A DNA stretch of 64,000 bases. It comes from an uncultured bacterium (GTDB lineage Bacteria; Patescibacteriota; Kazan-3B-28). The position numbers and the translations under genes were made by a program. Below, one piece after another: positions 1-14,445 of this stretch (its first letter is position 1; every line of letters starts with the position of its first letter). The notes beneath the pieces are model-generated. The model was not told where the DNA came from and did no database searches. It saw only the letters and a program-made list of their open reading frames with translations. The stretch is taken from contig OY968788.1 in NCBI GenBank assembly GCA_963695435.1, positions 280,004-344,003 of the forward strand, written 5' to 3'.

Positions 1-2042
1 AGCCGAGACATTTTTCGTTTAATAGTCCGCATGGCGCTTGTCCAAAATGTACGGGGCTAGGGGTAACAATGGAACTCGATTCAGAACTTTTGATGCCCAA
101 TAAAAAATTGAGTATTACCGAAGGAGCAATTCGTCCATGGGGTGCGCATATGGTAAGCGGAGGAGGATGGAATAATCGAATTCTGGAAGCGGTAGCGCGC
201 AGATTTAAATTTGATATCAATGTTCCGGTTGAAAAATTGAGTAAGGAAGCGATGAAGATTATTTTGTATGGCAGCGGAGACGAAGAAGTAGTGGTGAAGT
301 ACCAGACTCCTCACGGAAAGACAAATGAATATGTGGTGAAGTTTGAGGGAGTAACCCCGAACTTGATGCGCCGATACAAAGAGACTGATTCTGACTTTAT
401 TCGGGCGGAAATTGAACAATATATGACAAGCAAAGTTTGTCCCGAGTGCCACGGTAGTCGGTTGAAACCGGAAGTGCTGGCGGTAACGGTGGGGGATAAA
501 TCGATTGTTGATGTATCGACATTGCCGATTCATGGTGCGGCGGATTTTTTTGAAAATCTCAAATTATCGACACAGGATAAATTGATTGTGAAGCAAGTTT
601 TGAAAGAAGTTTCCGAACGACTCGGGTTTTTGCACAATGTGGGGTTGGATTATCTGACGCTTGATCGTTCGGCAAATACGCTATCTGGCGGAGAAGCGCA
701 AAGAATTCGCTTAGCTACTCAAATCGGTTCAGGGCTCTCGGGTGTGATTTACATATTGGATGAGCCTTCGATTGGTTTGCATCAGCACGACAATCGCCGA
801 CTGATCCAAACTTTGATGGGGCTAAGAGATTTGGGCAATACAGTTTTGGTAGTGGAGCATGATGAGGAAACTATTCGCTCAAGTGATTGGGTGATTGATG
901 TGGGGCCTTATGCTGGCAAACAAGGCGGTGAATTGGTGGCGGAGGGTACGCCTGAACAAATTGCTAAAAACAAGCGTTCTTTGACCGGTCAGTATTTAGC
1001 GGGAACGAAGAGAATTGATGTGCCGAAAAAGCGCAGAATACCAAATGGGAAGTGGTTGGAAATAAAAGGAGCGTCCGAATTTAATCTAAAAAATCTTGAT
1101 GTAAAACTGCCGTTGCAAACATTTGTGTGTGTAACGGGACTTTCTGGTTCGGGGAAATCCACACTGGTAAACGAGATTTTGGCAAAGCGATTGGCGCATG
1201 ATTTTTATGGTGCGCATGAACAGGCGGGAGCGCACAAGTCGATAGAAGGAATTAGTTATTTGGATAAAGTAATCAGCATTGACCAATCGCCAATCGGCAG
1301 AAGTCCGCGAAGCAATCCCGCAACTTACACAGGATTGTTTACTTACATTCGGGATTTGTTTACTCAACTTCCTGAATCGAAGATGCGCGGTTTCAAACAG
1401 GGCAGATTTTCTTTTAATGTAAAAGGTGGTCGTTGTGAAAACTGTCGTGGAGATGGGGTGAATAAAATTGAAATGCATTTCCTGCCTGATGTTTATGTTC
1501 CTTGCGAAGTTTGTGAAGGAAGACGCTACAATCAAGAAACTTTATCAATTCATTACAAAGGAAAAAACATTGCAGATGTTTTGGATTTGACGGTGGATGA
1601 TGCGGCAGAGTTTTTTGCTAATATTCCACCGATAAAAAACAAGTTGGATACTTTACAGGAAGTAGGTCTTGGGTATATCAAACTTGGACAACCCGCTACC
1701 CAACTTTCTGGCGGCGAAGCGCAACGCGTGAAATTAGCTACCGAACTTTCTCGCCGAGCTACAGGTAAAACTTTATATATTCTGGACGAGCCGACAACTG
1801 GTTTACATTTTGAAGACACTAAAAAACTTTTGGAAGTACTCCACAGATTAGTCAATAAAGGAAATTCGGTAGTAGTTATTGAACACAATCTGGATGTAAT
1901 CAAAACAGCAGACTGGATTATCGATTTAGGACCTGAAGGCGGAGATAAGGGCGGTGAGATTGTGGCAGAAGGCACTCCTGAACAAGTGGCGAAGATAAAG
2001 AAGTCTTATACGGGACAATATCTGGTGAAGGTCCTGAAATAA
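1..2042 (+). CDS. uvrA: Excinuclease ABC subunit A (5'-truncated by window edge)
   Basis: Frame open from position 3 ([13 protein letters not shown]); two LSGGEAQR signatures, Walker A GLSGSGKS, zinc fingers CPECHG and CENCRG/CEVCEG. Confidence 0.98.
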   Translation, partial: PRHFSFNSPHGACPKCTGLGVTMELDSELLMPNKKLSITEGAIRPWGAHMVSGGGWNNRILEAVARRFKFDINVPVEKLSKEAMKIILYGSGDEEVVVKYQTPHGKTNEYVVKFEGVTPNLMRRYKETDSDFIRAEIEQYMTSKVCPECHGSRLKPEVLAVTVGDKSIVDVSTLPIHGAADFFENLKLSTQDKLIVKQVLKEVSERLGFLHNVGLDYLTLDRSANTLSGGEAQRIRLATQIGSGLSGVIYILDEPSIGLHQHDNRRLIQTLMGLRDLGNTVLVVEHDEETIRSSDWVIDVGPYAGKQGGELVAEGTPEQIAKNKRSLTGQYLAGTKRIDVPKKRRIPNGKWLEIKGASEFNLKNLDVKLPLQTFVCVTGLSGSGKSTLVNEILAKRLAHDFYGAHEQAGAHKSIEGISYLDKVISIDQSPIGRSPRSNPATYTGLFTYIRDLFTQLPESKMRGFKQGRFSFNVKGGRCENCRGDGVNKIEMHFLPDVYVPCEVCEGRRYNQETLSIHYKGKNIADVLDLTVDDAAEFFANIPPIKNKLDTLQEVGLGYIKLGQPATQLSGGEAQRVKLATELSRRATGKTLYILDEPTTGLHFEDTKKLLEVLHRLVNKGNSVVVIEHNLDVIKTADWIIDLGPEGGDKGGEIVAEGTPEQVAKIKKSYTGQYLVKVLK

Positions 2043-2074
2043 TTGACTGAAGAGATAGGAACAGGTAATAAGAG

Positions 2075-2321
2075 AGTGCAGTTCTTGCTCTTTCGTTGTG
2101 ACTCTCGGTTACAAAGTGCAAGACTGAGCACTTGTGGATTTTTCCTTTTTCTTCCCTCGTTGTGGGTTACCACAAGGGAAAAGCGCTTGGATTCCGTTCG
2201 GCGCGTGGCTAGTGCCGTGTGCGTTTCACAAATGCTTCTTTCGAGAGTCACCAAACCCCTCGCCCTTTCCAGTTCTCCCGATGTATAGAGGCTTCTCTAG
2301 GACGGAGAGTCTGGAAAGGGC
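2075..2321 (+). other. Multi-hairpin non-coding region between uvrA and uvrC
   Basis: Stems at 2075-2132, 2152-2180, 2199-2217 and 2262-2321 (GCCCTTTCCAG/CTGGAAAGGGC). Confidence 0.6.
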
Positions 2322-2334
2322 TGTATTTAAAAAG

Positions 2335-4164
2335 ATGGCAATCAATTCAAAACTAGTTCTAAAAAGCGCTCCGACTCGCCCCGGAGTGTATTTGATGAAG
2401 GATAAAACCAAAAAAGTAATTTATGTAGGCAAAGCAAAAAATATTAAAAAAAGATTGGCGAGTTATTTTTCTAAGCAGGGCAAGTCGCCAAAAACAATTG
2501 CGCTGATGGAGAGAGTCCATAAAATTGAGACTATTGCGGTGACGAGTGAAACAGAGGCATTCTTGCTTGAAAATGAATTGATAAAAAAATATCGTCCGCA
2601 ATTCAATATCATAATGCGGGACGACAAAAACTATTTATATATTCGAATTACTGTAAACGAAGAATTCCCGCGTATTTTATTAGCGAGACAGGTAGCTAGG
2701 GATGGGGCAAAATATTTTGGGCCGTATGCGGTTTCGGGACAGGTCTATGAAGGGTTAAGACTAATCAAGCGGATATTCCCCTTGTGTAGCGCTACCCAAT
2801 CAATCACTACGGCTGGCTTGAAAAAGGGACAAAATCGAGCCTGTTTAAATTATCACCTGAAAATTTGTCCGGGAGTCTGTGTCGGCAAAGTGAAGTCAAA
2901 AGATTATCACAAAACTATAGAGCAAGTGATGCGGTTTTTGCACGGTAACTATGATTCAGTTATCAAACAGCTTAGAGAGCAGATGCGGGAACTATCCGCA
3001 AATAGGGAATATGAACGAGCAGCGCGAATTCGCGATGGTTTGAAAGCGATCGAAGCAATCAATGAAAGACAAAGCGTGGTAAAAACCAATTTATCCGTTA
3101 GTGAGGATGCAATTGGTGTGGCCAGGTCTCTTAATAAAGCTATGGTGATCCTTTTGCAGATTCGGTCGGGCAAATTGCTAAATCAACAGCAATACGCAGT
3201 TGATACAAAATACGAAACAGAGGTTCCTGAAATTTTAGAGGGATTTTTGCGGGATTATTACGAAGGAGCGGCTGATTTGCCAAAAACTATCTTGTTGCCG
3301 GAGGCGGTTGAAAGCACAAAGAGTTTTGAAAAATGGTTGAAAGATAAAACTGGAAAAAGAATTGAACTAATTGCTCCGACAAAAGGGAGACAGAGATCAA
3401 TTGTTCGGTTGGCGGAATCAAATGCGCAAATGAAATTCAATCAAATCTCCGGAAGATGGAAGTTGGAAAAATTAGTTTCCACCGAAGGAGTGGAAGGGCT
3501 AAGGAATATTTTGAAATTGAAAAAACTTGAACGGGTTGAAGCATATGATATCTCTAACCTTCAAGGGACGGATTCGGTGGGCGCGATGGTGGTGTGGGAA
3601 AAAGGACAATTAGATAAAAAACAATATCGCCGTTTCAAAATAAAAACCGTTATTGGCCCCAATGATTTTGCGAGTCTAGCTGAAGTTTTGCAGAGGAGAT
3701 TTGCGCATCAAAAGGGAGATGATAAATTCGCGAGTTTGCCGGATGTAGTGCTGATTGACGGAGGGAAAGGGCAGGTGAGTACAATTACAAAAGCGCTGAA
3801 GAAGTATAAAGTTGCAATCATTGGAATTGCGAAAGGAAGCCACAGTCGGACGAAAGCAAAAGACGATTTGGTTTTGCCAAGCGGGAAAATAGAAATTTTA
3901 CCCGATAATTCACCAACCAAAATTTTATTACAGAATATTCGCGACGAAGTTCACCGTTTTGCGATTGCTTATCACACCAGTCTCCGCAAAAAACGAACAA
4001 CGACTTCGGGGATAGAAAAAGTTTCTGGTGTTGGGGCGGTAACGCGCAAAAAACTAATCAAGGCGTTCGGTTCAATGGCGGCAGTCAAAAGAGCAAACGC
4101 ATCAGAAATTGCCCGAATAATCGGGGCGGAACGGGCATTACGCATTAAGCGAGATTTAGGCTAG
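2335..4164 (+). CDS. uvrC: Excinuclease ABC subunit C
   Basis: GIY-YIG (PGVYLM..IYVGKAKN), EAYDISN, LIDGGKGQ, RDEVHRFA, C-terminal HhH; start moved to ATG 2335. Confidence 0.97.
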   Translation: MAINSKLVLKSAPTRPGVYLMKDKTKKVIYVGKAKNIKKRLASYFSKQGKSPKTIALMERVHKIETIAVTSETEAFLLENELIKKYRPQFNIIMRDDKNYLYIRITVNEEFPRILLARQVARDGAKYFGPYAVSGQVYEGLRLIKRIFPLCSATQSITTAGLKKGQNRACLNYHLKICPGVCVGKVKSKDYHKTIEQVMRFLHGNYDSVIKQLREQMRELSANREYERAARIRDGLKAIEAINERQSVVKTNLSVSEDAIGVARSLNKAMVILLQIRSGKLLNQQQYAVDTKYETEVPEILEGFLRDYYEGAADLPKTILLPEAVESTKSFEKWLKDKTGKRIELIAPTKGRQRSIVRLAESNAQMKFNQISGRWKLEKLVSTEGVEGLRNILKLKKLERVEAYDISNLQGTDSVGAMVVWEKGQLDKKQYRRFKIKTVIGPNDFASLAEVLQRRFAHQKGDDKFASLPDVVLIDGGKGQVSTITKALKKYKVAIIGIAKGSHSRTKAKDDLVLPSGKIEILPDNSPTKILLQNIRDEVHRFAIAYHTSLRKKRTTTSGIEKVSGVGAVTRKKLIKAFGSMAAVKRANASEIARIIGAERALRIKRDLG

Positions 4165-4550
4165 ATAGCTATGCGGTGGCTGTCGCTGTCGAAATGTTGG
4201 GTAGAAAATTCAAACAAGTGAGCTTCTTTTGTGAGAGCAGTAAAGCGATGAACGCTGTTGGGTTTCAGAATTATCGCCCCATTTTCACCAAGTTCAAAGC
4301 TTTCTTTAATAATCGGCGGATTATGTTTGGCATCTTTTAGAGTGGTCAGTTCTACTCTCAATCGGCCATGTGTTACATAAAAAGTTTCAGTTTTGAGTTT
4401 GTGATAATGTAAACTGCAGTGTTTGCCTTTTTTCACGATTAATAATTTTCCGCAATACAGTTTGTCATTGTGAACCCATCGTTCTTCGCCCCAAACTTTT
4501 GGGACGATTTTGATGGGTTCGTTGCGGCGTAAACCATTTTTCTTTGGCAT
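4161..4550 (-). CDS. Cupin-domain protein (sugar isomerase-like)
   Basis: KVWGEE..YCGKLL..SLHYHKLKTETFYV..HRF cupin metal motifs. Confidence 0.85.
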   Translation of the reverse strand: MPKKNGLRRNEPIKIVPKVWGEERWVHNDKLYCGKLLIVKKGKHCSLHYHKLKTETFYVTHGRLRVELTTLKDAKHNPPIIKESFELGENGAIILKPNSVHRFTALTKEAHLFEFSTQHFDSDSHRIAI

Positions 4551-4606
4551 AACAACATTGTACTACTCGGTTGCGTTAGGGAGGGTTTACGGGATAACAT
4601 AGGAGC

Positions 4607-4885
4607 ATGAACGACCAAGCGATAAAGACAGCAGGGGTAATTGCCGGCATTGTCGTGGTGCTGGGGATTTTAGCGATTGGGGCACAGTACTGGTCAAGTA
4701 TAAGTGGGGGAGCGAGCGCGCAGGTGATTGATCCGGGTCAGCTGCCTAATAGTTTGCAGGTTTCCAAAGAAGATTACATAACGCTACAGTCACTTTTGGA
4801 TCGTTATGCTTCGGTTAGTGATTTGGCCACAAAAAACCAAATTATGCAGGATTTTCGAGTTATTTTCGACGGTTTGTCGCAATAA
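4607..4885 (+). CDS. Small membrane-anchored hypothetical protein
   Basis: ATG after AGGAG; N-terminal hydrophobic helix. Confidence 0.7.
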   Translation: MNDQAIKTAGVIAGIVVVLGILAIGAQYWSSISGGASAQVIDPGQLPNSLQVSKEDYITLQSLLDRYASVSDLATKNQIMQDFRVIFDGLSQ

Positions 4886-4933
4886 GTCAGTTTCAATTGG
4901 GGGCTATTCCGCCATAGGAGCGGATTTTTTGAG

Positions 4934-4942
4934 TTATCCACA
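4934..4942 (+). promoter_or_regulatory. DnaA box
   Basis: Exact TTATCCACA. Confidence 0.55.
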
Positions 4943-4966
4943 TTAGTCTAAAAAGTCTATTGACCG

Positions 4967-4995
4967 TTGACAAATAAAGCGTTGTATGATATAAT
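4967..4995 (+). promoter_or_regulatory. Consensus sigma70 promoter
   Basis: TTGACA-17 nt-TATAAT with extended -10 TG. Confidence 0.85.
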
Positions 4996-5027
4996 CAAAG
5001 TAAATGAGGGGGTTGAGGAGAAACCCA

Positions 5028-6161
5028 ATGGAGGAAAACAACCACAATCAGGAGGACCCCGGTTCTGTCATCAAGTCAATTATGGTGGAGCAGGAGGAAA
5101 AGACCCGCGAAGCGTTGGATCCTTTGATGGTAGTAATCAGCGCTGTCAACTCGCTTAAGGATCGTGAGCGGGAAGTTTTGCTTGGACGATTTGGGTTAGA
5201 AGACGGTAACAAGATGACTTTGGAAGCGGTCGGTTCTAAATTTGGCGTTACGCGCGAAAGAGCCCGCCAGATTGAAAATTCCGCTATCAAAAAGCTGACC
5301 GAGAAACCGACCAAGGACTTGGCTAAACTTACGAAGATAACAAATAGCTATTTGGTAGAAATGGGTGGGGTAGCATCACTTATTGGATTGGCGGATTACT
5401 TTAAGATTGGGAGCGACCAAAGACGGGAAGCAGAATTGAACGCCTTGAAGCTCACGATGGCGCTGGATAGTAATGTTGTTAGTCTTCCCAAAGAAGATAA
5501 TTTGCGTGTTGGTTGGGCAAAAAAGAATGCGCCAACAGGATTGATAAATAAAGTATTGGTTGAATTAGAAAAAATCTTGGCGGATGCGGGTAAGCCAGCC
5601 AAGGAAGAATTTTTGTGGGAAAAACTAACCCAGACCGCGGTTTATGGTGAGAACAGCACGCGGTTGACCCCGAGTATTGTTCACGGGATTTTATTGGTGG
5701 GCGCAAAATTAGCGCGGACTGATGTCGGCGATTGGGGGTTGATCTCATGGCCAACGGTAGTGCCAAAAAGAATTCGCGACAAAATATTTCTAATATTACA
5801 AAAGGTAGGCAAGCCGATGCACTTCCGCGAGATTGCTGATGCGATTAATCAAACTTTCCCTGGTAAGACGGTTTTGAGCAGAACAGTTCATAATGAATTG
5901 ATTGGTGATAATCGATTTGTGTTGGTGGGCCGAGGAATTTATGGTTTGAAGGAGCAGGGATATCAGCCGGGAGTAGTTGTGGATGTTATTGTAAAGGTTA
6001 TGAAGCAGGCGAATCGGCCGCTGACTACGGAAGAAACAATTGATATGGTTTTGAAGGAACGGCAGGTAAAGCGTAATACGGTAATTGCTAATTTGCAGAA
6101 TAAGAAGTTGTTCAGAAAAGTTGGTAAAGGCAGCTACACTCTGAACGAACAGCCGAAATAA
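5028..6161 (+). CDS. Sigma70 region-4 domain plus C-terminal winged-HTH (HARE/RNAP-delta-like) protein
   Basis: [25 protein letters not shown]; [28 protein letters not shown]; SD GAGGAG before ATG 5028. Confidence 0.85.
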   Translation: MEENNHNQEDPGSVIKSIMVEQEEKTREALDPLMVVISAVNSLKDREREVLLGRFGLEDGNKMTLEAVGSKFGVTRERARQIENSAIKKLTEKPTKDLAKLTKITNSYLVEMGGVASLIGLADYFKIGSDQRREAELNALKLTMALDSNVVSLPKEDNLRVGWAKKNAPTGLINKVLVELEKILADAGKPAKEEFLWEKLTQTAVYGENSTRLTPSIVHGILLVGAKLARTDVGDWGLISWPTVVPKRIRDKIFLILQKVGKPMHFREIADAINQTFPGKTVLSRTVHNELIGDNRFVLVGRGIYGLKEQGYQPGVVVDVIVKVMKQANRPLTTEETIDMVLKERQVKRNTVIANLQNKKLFRKVGKGSYTLNEQPK

Positions 6162-6173
6162 TTTAACAATTTT

Positions 6174-10957
<4,784 letters not shown>

Positions 10958-11034
10958 TTTGGACAAGAGAAAAGCCCCGGCACTGACGCACGAGGCTTAT
11001 TCTTTCTACCGATTCCTCCTAGCGGCGGAGTTCC

Positions 11035-11475
11035 TTATCGTTCACCATGTCCATAAGCATTTTCATAGAAAAATGTTCTGCTTATGGGTGGCGGTTCGAT
11101 AAGCACGATGGGTCTTGTGAGTTGCTCTTTCGGTGGCAGTGGTGGTGTCGCTGATGTTGCATGCGCAGTTGTTCCTGCCCAGACAGCAAGGCCAATCATC
11201 AAGCCTCCGATAAGCAAGCTGGCGACTACTCGCTTGTCCAGTTGCACCATCATTATTCCCCATAGGTTGAATAAGATGCCGACAACTGGTGCTGCCCATA
11301 TGACATGGACAGTTACTTCTGGCGGTCTATTTTGGTAGAGTAGCCAGAAGAAGAAAGCGAGCACGGCCAGTAGTAATCCTTTAATCGTCCAGTGCTCTCG
11401 CCCTGTCCGAACAAAATGGATTACTAGGGTGCATAGAAGACCCCCCGTAACCACAAAAGTTTCGCTAGGAGACAT
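11035..11475 (-). CDS. Hypothetical multi-pass membrane protein (orphan)
   Basis: About four hydrophobic segments, Pro-rich tail; GGAGG and TTGACA upstream. Confidence 0.7.
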   Translation of the reverse strand: MSPSETFVVTGGLLCTLVIHFVRTGREHWTIKGLLLAVLAFFFWLLYQNRPPEVTVHVIWAAPVVGILFNLWGIMMVQLDKRVVASLLIGGLMIGLAVWAGTTAHATSATPPLPPKEQLTRPIVLIEPPPISRTFFYENAYGHGER

Positions 11476-11697
11476 AATCGTAAGGAACCTCCCGTAAGAT
11501 AGGATATGGGTAGCTTACTCCTAAACGGGAGAAATGTCAAGATTATCAGCTTCCAGAGCGGATTTCTGTATAAAACGCGAAAGGGCAGCACTAGTGGCTG
11601 CCCTTAGGTTGCGAGTTTGTATGGCGTAACCCATGTGGCTGGAGCCCATAGGTTGGCGCGGAAAAAAGAACAAGGATGAGGACGGGTTGAGGAATAG

Positions 11698-12207
11698 TTA
11701 CCGAGCTCTCTGCTGGGCTATTTGTTCCTCGGTCGCTCTCGTAAACAGCATTTGATTCTGTTGCATGACGACTTCGTATCTGGCCCACTTTGTCTCGGCG
11801 GACTCTTCTCCGTCCATGGGTGGTGAGTCGAGTCGTGGCATCAACATTTGTCCAGCTTCGGAAAATAGCTTCTCTAGCTCGGTTTCAGCGAAGCTGACGG
11901 ATTGGTTAACCGCCAAATACTTCATGCGAGGGGCGTGGAATGCGTCGTAGATTATACTGACGCAGCGCGACAATGTCTGTCTGGGGTCGTTCTTGGAATC
12001 CCTATTTTTGATTCCAATTACCAGGCAGTGAAACCGTTCGAGCGCATTGACCAGTTGCTCGCCGCCTTTTTCGTCGACTCCGAGTACGAAGCCGATGGTG
12101 CCAGGCCTGTGGTAGGAATGTTCTTTGGGGCCTTTGGTGTAATGTAGTTCACACCCATCTACGCCGCGTAGATTTCCCAGCAGTTCAGTATCTTTAAGAA
12201 GCGACAT
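11698..12207 (-). CDS. Hypothetical protein (orphan)
   Basis: 169-aa ORF, SD GGGGAGG, downstream hairpin AAGGGCAGC/GCTGCCCTT. Confidence 0.7.
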   Translation of the reverse strand: MSLLKDTELLGNLRGVDGCELHYTKGPKEHSYHRPGTIGFVLGVDEKGGEQLVNALERFHCLVIGIKNRDSKNDPRQTLSRCVSIIYDAFHAPRMKYLAVNQSVSFAETELEKLFSEAGQMLMPRLDSPPMDGEESAETKWARYEVVMQQNQMLFTRATEEQIAQQRAR

Positions 12208-12307
12208 CGTTCCTCCCCTAAATTGTGGTTTCGGTGCAAAATAATCACTCTTAGATTAGAGATTTTCAGGCTGGGTGTCAATTTTTTATCAGGTATAATG
12301 GCTTTGT

Positions 12308-12619
12308 ATGGGAAAATTGCCAAAAGAGGATGTGGAGCATATTGCGCTGTTGGCTCGGATTGAGCTAACGGAGGCAGAAAGCCAAAAGTACGCCGAAGAA
12401 CTGTCGGCAGTTTTGGGTTATGTAAGTGAATTGCAAAAAGTGGATACCAACAAAGTAGACGGGGATTCTTCAATTGGTGGGCAGATTACTGGATTGAATA
12501 ATGTGACGGACGGTGATTATGTTCGTAAGTCGGAAATTTCGCGGAAAGAATTTTTGGAACAAGCGCCGGCGAGTGAAAAAGGGTACATCAAAGTAAAAAG
12601 TGTTTTCAATAGAGAATAG
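12308..12619 (+). CDS. gatC: Asp/Glu-tRNA amidotransferase subunit C
   Basis: VEHIALLARIEL..LQKVDT; precedes gatA. Confidence 0.93.
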   Translation: MGKLPKEDVEHIALLARIELTEAESQKYAEELSAVLGYVSELQKVDTNKVDGDSSIGGQITGLNNVTDGDYVRKSEISRKEFLEQAPASEKGYIKVKSVFNRE

Positions 12620-12622
12620 AGC

Positions 12623-13984
12623 ATGGATATACAGGAGGCAAAGAAGATAGATTTGAAGAAGTTTCTTGAGAACGCTAAAGAAGCGGATAAGAAATTTCAT
12701 TTTTTGTTATCAATTGCAGACAAAGCGGGCAAATTAGGAAAGGGCGATTTAGCGGTGCCATGTTTGATAAAAGACAACATTGCGACAACGGAATATCCCA
12801 CTACTTGTGCTTCCAAAATGTTAGAGAAGTTTGTTTCGCCGTATGAAGCGACTGTGATTACAAAATTGAAAGAAGCGGGAGCGTGGATTGCGGGAAAGCT
12901 TAATTTGGATGAATTCGCGATGGGTTCAAGCACGGAGAATTCTGCTTTTGGAACGACAAAAAACCCAATTGACCCTACTCGAGTCCCCGGTGGTAGTTCA
13001 GGTGGTTCTGCTGCTGCGGTAGCGGCTGGGATAGTGCCTTTTGCTCTCGGTAGTGACACAGGTGGCTCAATTCGTCAGCCCGCCAGCTTTTGCGGTGTAG
13101 TGGGTTTGATGCCAACTTACGGAAGGGTTAGTCGTTATGGTTTAGTTGCTATGGCAAGTTCGCTGGATAGAATCGGACCGATTACTAATACAGTTGAGGA
13201 TTCGGCAAAAGTTTTGCAAGTAATTGCAGGAAAAGACGAACATGATTCTACAACGGTAGATATTCCTGTTCCTGATTATTTAGCATTTTTGGATGGTAAA
13301 GTTGAAGGAATAAAAATTGGTGTGCCAAAAGAATATTTTGGCGAGGGTGTTGATTCGGAAATTGAAAAGATAGTCAAAAAAGCAATTGAACAATTGGAGC
13401 AATTAGGTGCGAAGATTGTAGAAATCAGTTTGCCTCATTCAAAATATGCATTGGCGACATACTATATTGTTCAGCCGGCGGAAACTTCCGCTAATTTGAG
13501 CAGATATGATGGAGTTCGCTATGGATTTTCAACTGGTGCTGACGAAAAGAAAGAAGATTTGATTAAAATGTATTTTACGACTCGAGCGCAAGGACTGGGC
13601 GCGGAAGTAAAACGGCGAATTATGCTTGGAACTTATACGCTGTCAGCAGGTTTTCGTGATGCGTATTATGACAAAGCTCAAAGAGTGAGGGCGCTTATCA
13701 AACAGGATTTTGATGAGACTTTCAAAAAAGTAGATGTAATAATTTCTCCCACCACTCCGACCGTTGCTTTCAAAATTGGTGAACGCTCTGCTGATCCACT
13801 CAAGATGTATCAGGCGGATTTGTTGACTACTCCTGCGAGCTTAGCGGGGTTACCTGCAATTTCTATCCCTTGCGGAAAAGTTGATGGGCTTCCTGTTGGG
13901 TTACAAATTATGGGAAAACAGTTTGATGAACCAACGATATTAAAAGTGGCGGAGGCATATGAAAGAGTTGCGGGTAATGAGTAA
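12623..13984 (+). CDS. gatA: Asp/Glu-tRNA amidotransferase subunit A
   Basis: Amidase signature [35 protein letters not shown]. Confidence 0.98.
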   Translation: MDIQEAKKIDLKKFLENAKEADKKFHFLLSIADKAGKLGKGDLAVPCLIKDNIATTEYPTTCASKMLEKFVSPYEATVITKLKEAGAWIAGKLNLDEFAMGSSTENSAFGTTKNPIDPTRVPGGSSGGSAAAVAAGIVPFALGSDTGGSIRQPASFCGVVGLMPTYGRVSRYGLVAMASSLDRIGPITNTVEDSAKVLQVIAGKDEHDSTTVDIPVPDYLAFLDGKVEGIKIGVPKEYFGEGVDSEIEKIVKKAIEQLEQLGAKIVEISLPHSKYALATYYIVQPAETSANLSRYDGVRYGFSTGADEKKEDLIKMYFTTRAQGLGAEVKRRIMLGTYTLSAGFRDAYYDKAQRVRALIKQDFDETFKKVDVIISPTTPTVAFKIGERSADPLKMYQADLLTTPASLAGLPAISIPCGKVDGLPVGLQIMGKQFDEPTILKVAEAYERVAGNE

Positions 13985-13990
13985 TGAGTT

Positions 13991-14425
13991 GTGGGTAAAG
14001 AGATGATTATCTATTTAGTAATAGGGCTAGTTGTGGTGGTGGGATTAGGGATTGGTCTTTTGTGGCTGGTCTCTGGTAAACGACAAATAATTTCAGAAAC
14101 TGAACAGGCACGGGTGCGGGAGATGTGGGACAATGTTGATTTGCTGATGGCGGATGAGAGAGAAGCATCTTGGGTGAAAGCAGTTTTTGAGGCGGATAAG
14201 ATTTTGGATTATGTTTTGAATTTGAAAAATGTATCGGGTGCCAATTTGGGAGAGAAATTGAAAAACGGTAAAAGTTTATTTGGGAATGTGCAGGTTGCGT
14301 GGGATGCGCACAAATTGCGTAATCAGTTAGCACATGAGGTAGATGTAAAACTTGCTCGTCATGAAGCAGAGAGAGCGATTAGATTTTTTAAAGAGAGCAT
14401 AAGGCAATTAGGAATATCAGCGTAA
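13991..14425 (+). CDS. Membrane-anchored hypothetical protein within gat operon
   Basis: N-terminal TM; AVFEADKILD..AWDAHKLRNQLAH. Confidence 0.8.
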   Translation: MGKEMIIYLVIGLVVVVGLGIGLLWLVSGKRQIISETEQARVREMWDNVDLLMADEREASWVKAVFEADKILDYVLNLKNVSGANLGEKLKNGKSLFGNVQVAWDAHKLRNQLAHEVDVKLARHEAERAIRFFKESIRQLGISA

Positions 14426-14445
14426 TGAGTAATGGGTTGTGAGTA

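Noticed and set aside
2075-2321. Integron attC sites
   Set aside because: No RYYYAAC/GTTRRRY core pair at the stem ends and no cassette ORFs between stems
2134-2334. N-terminal extension of UvrC in the ORF track
   Set aside because: Falls in the hairpin region; UvrC homology starts at ATG 2335
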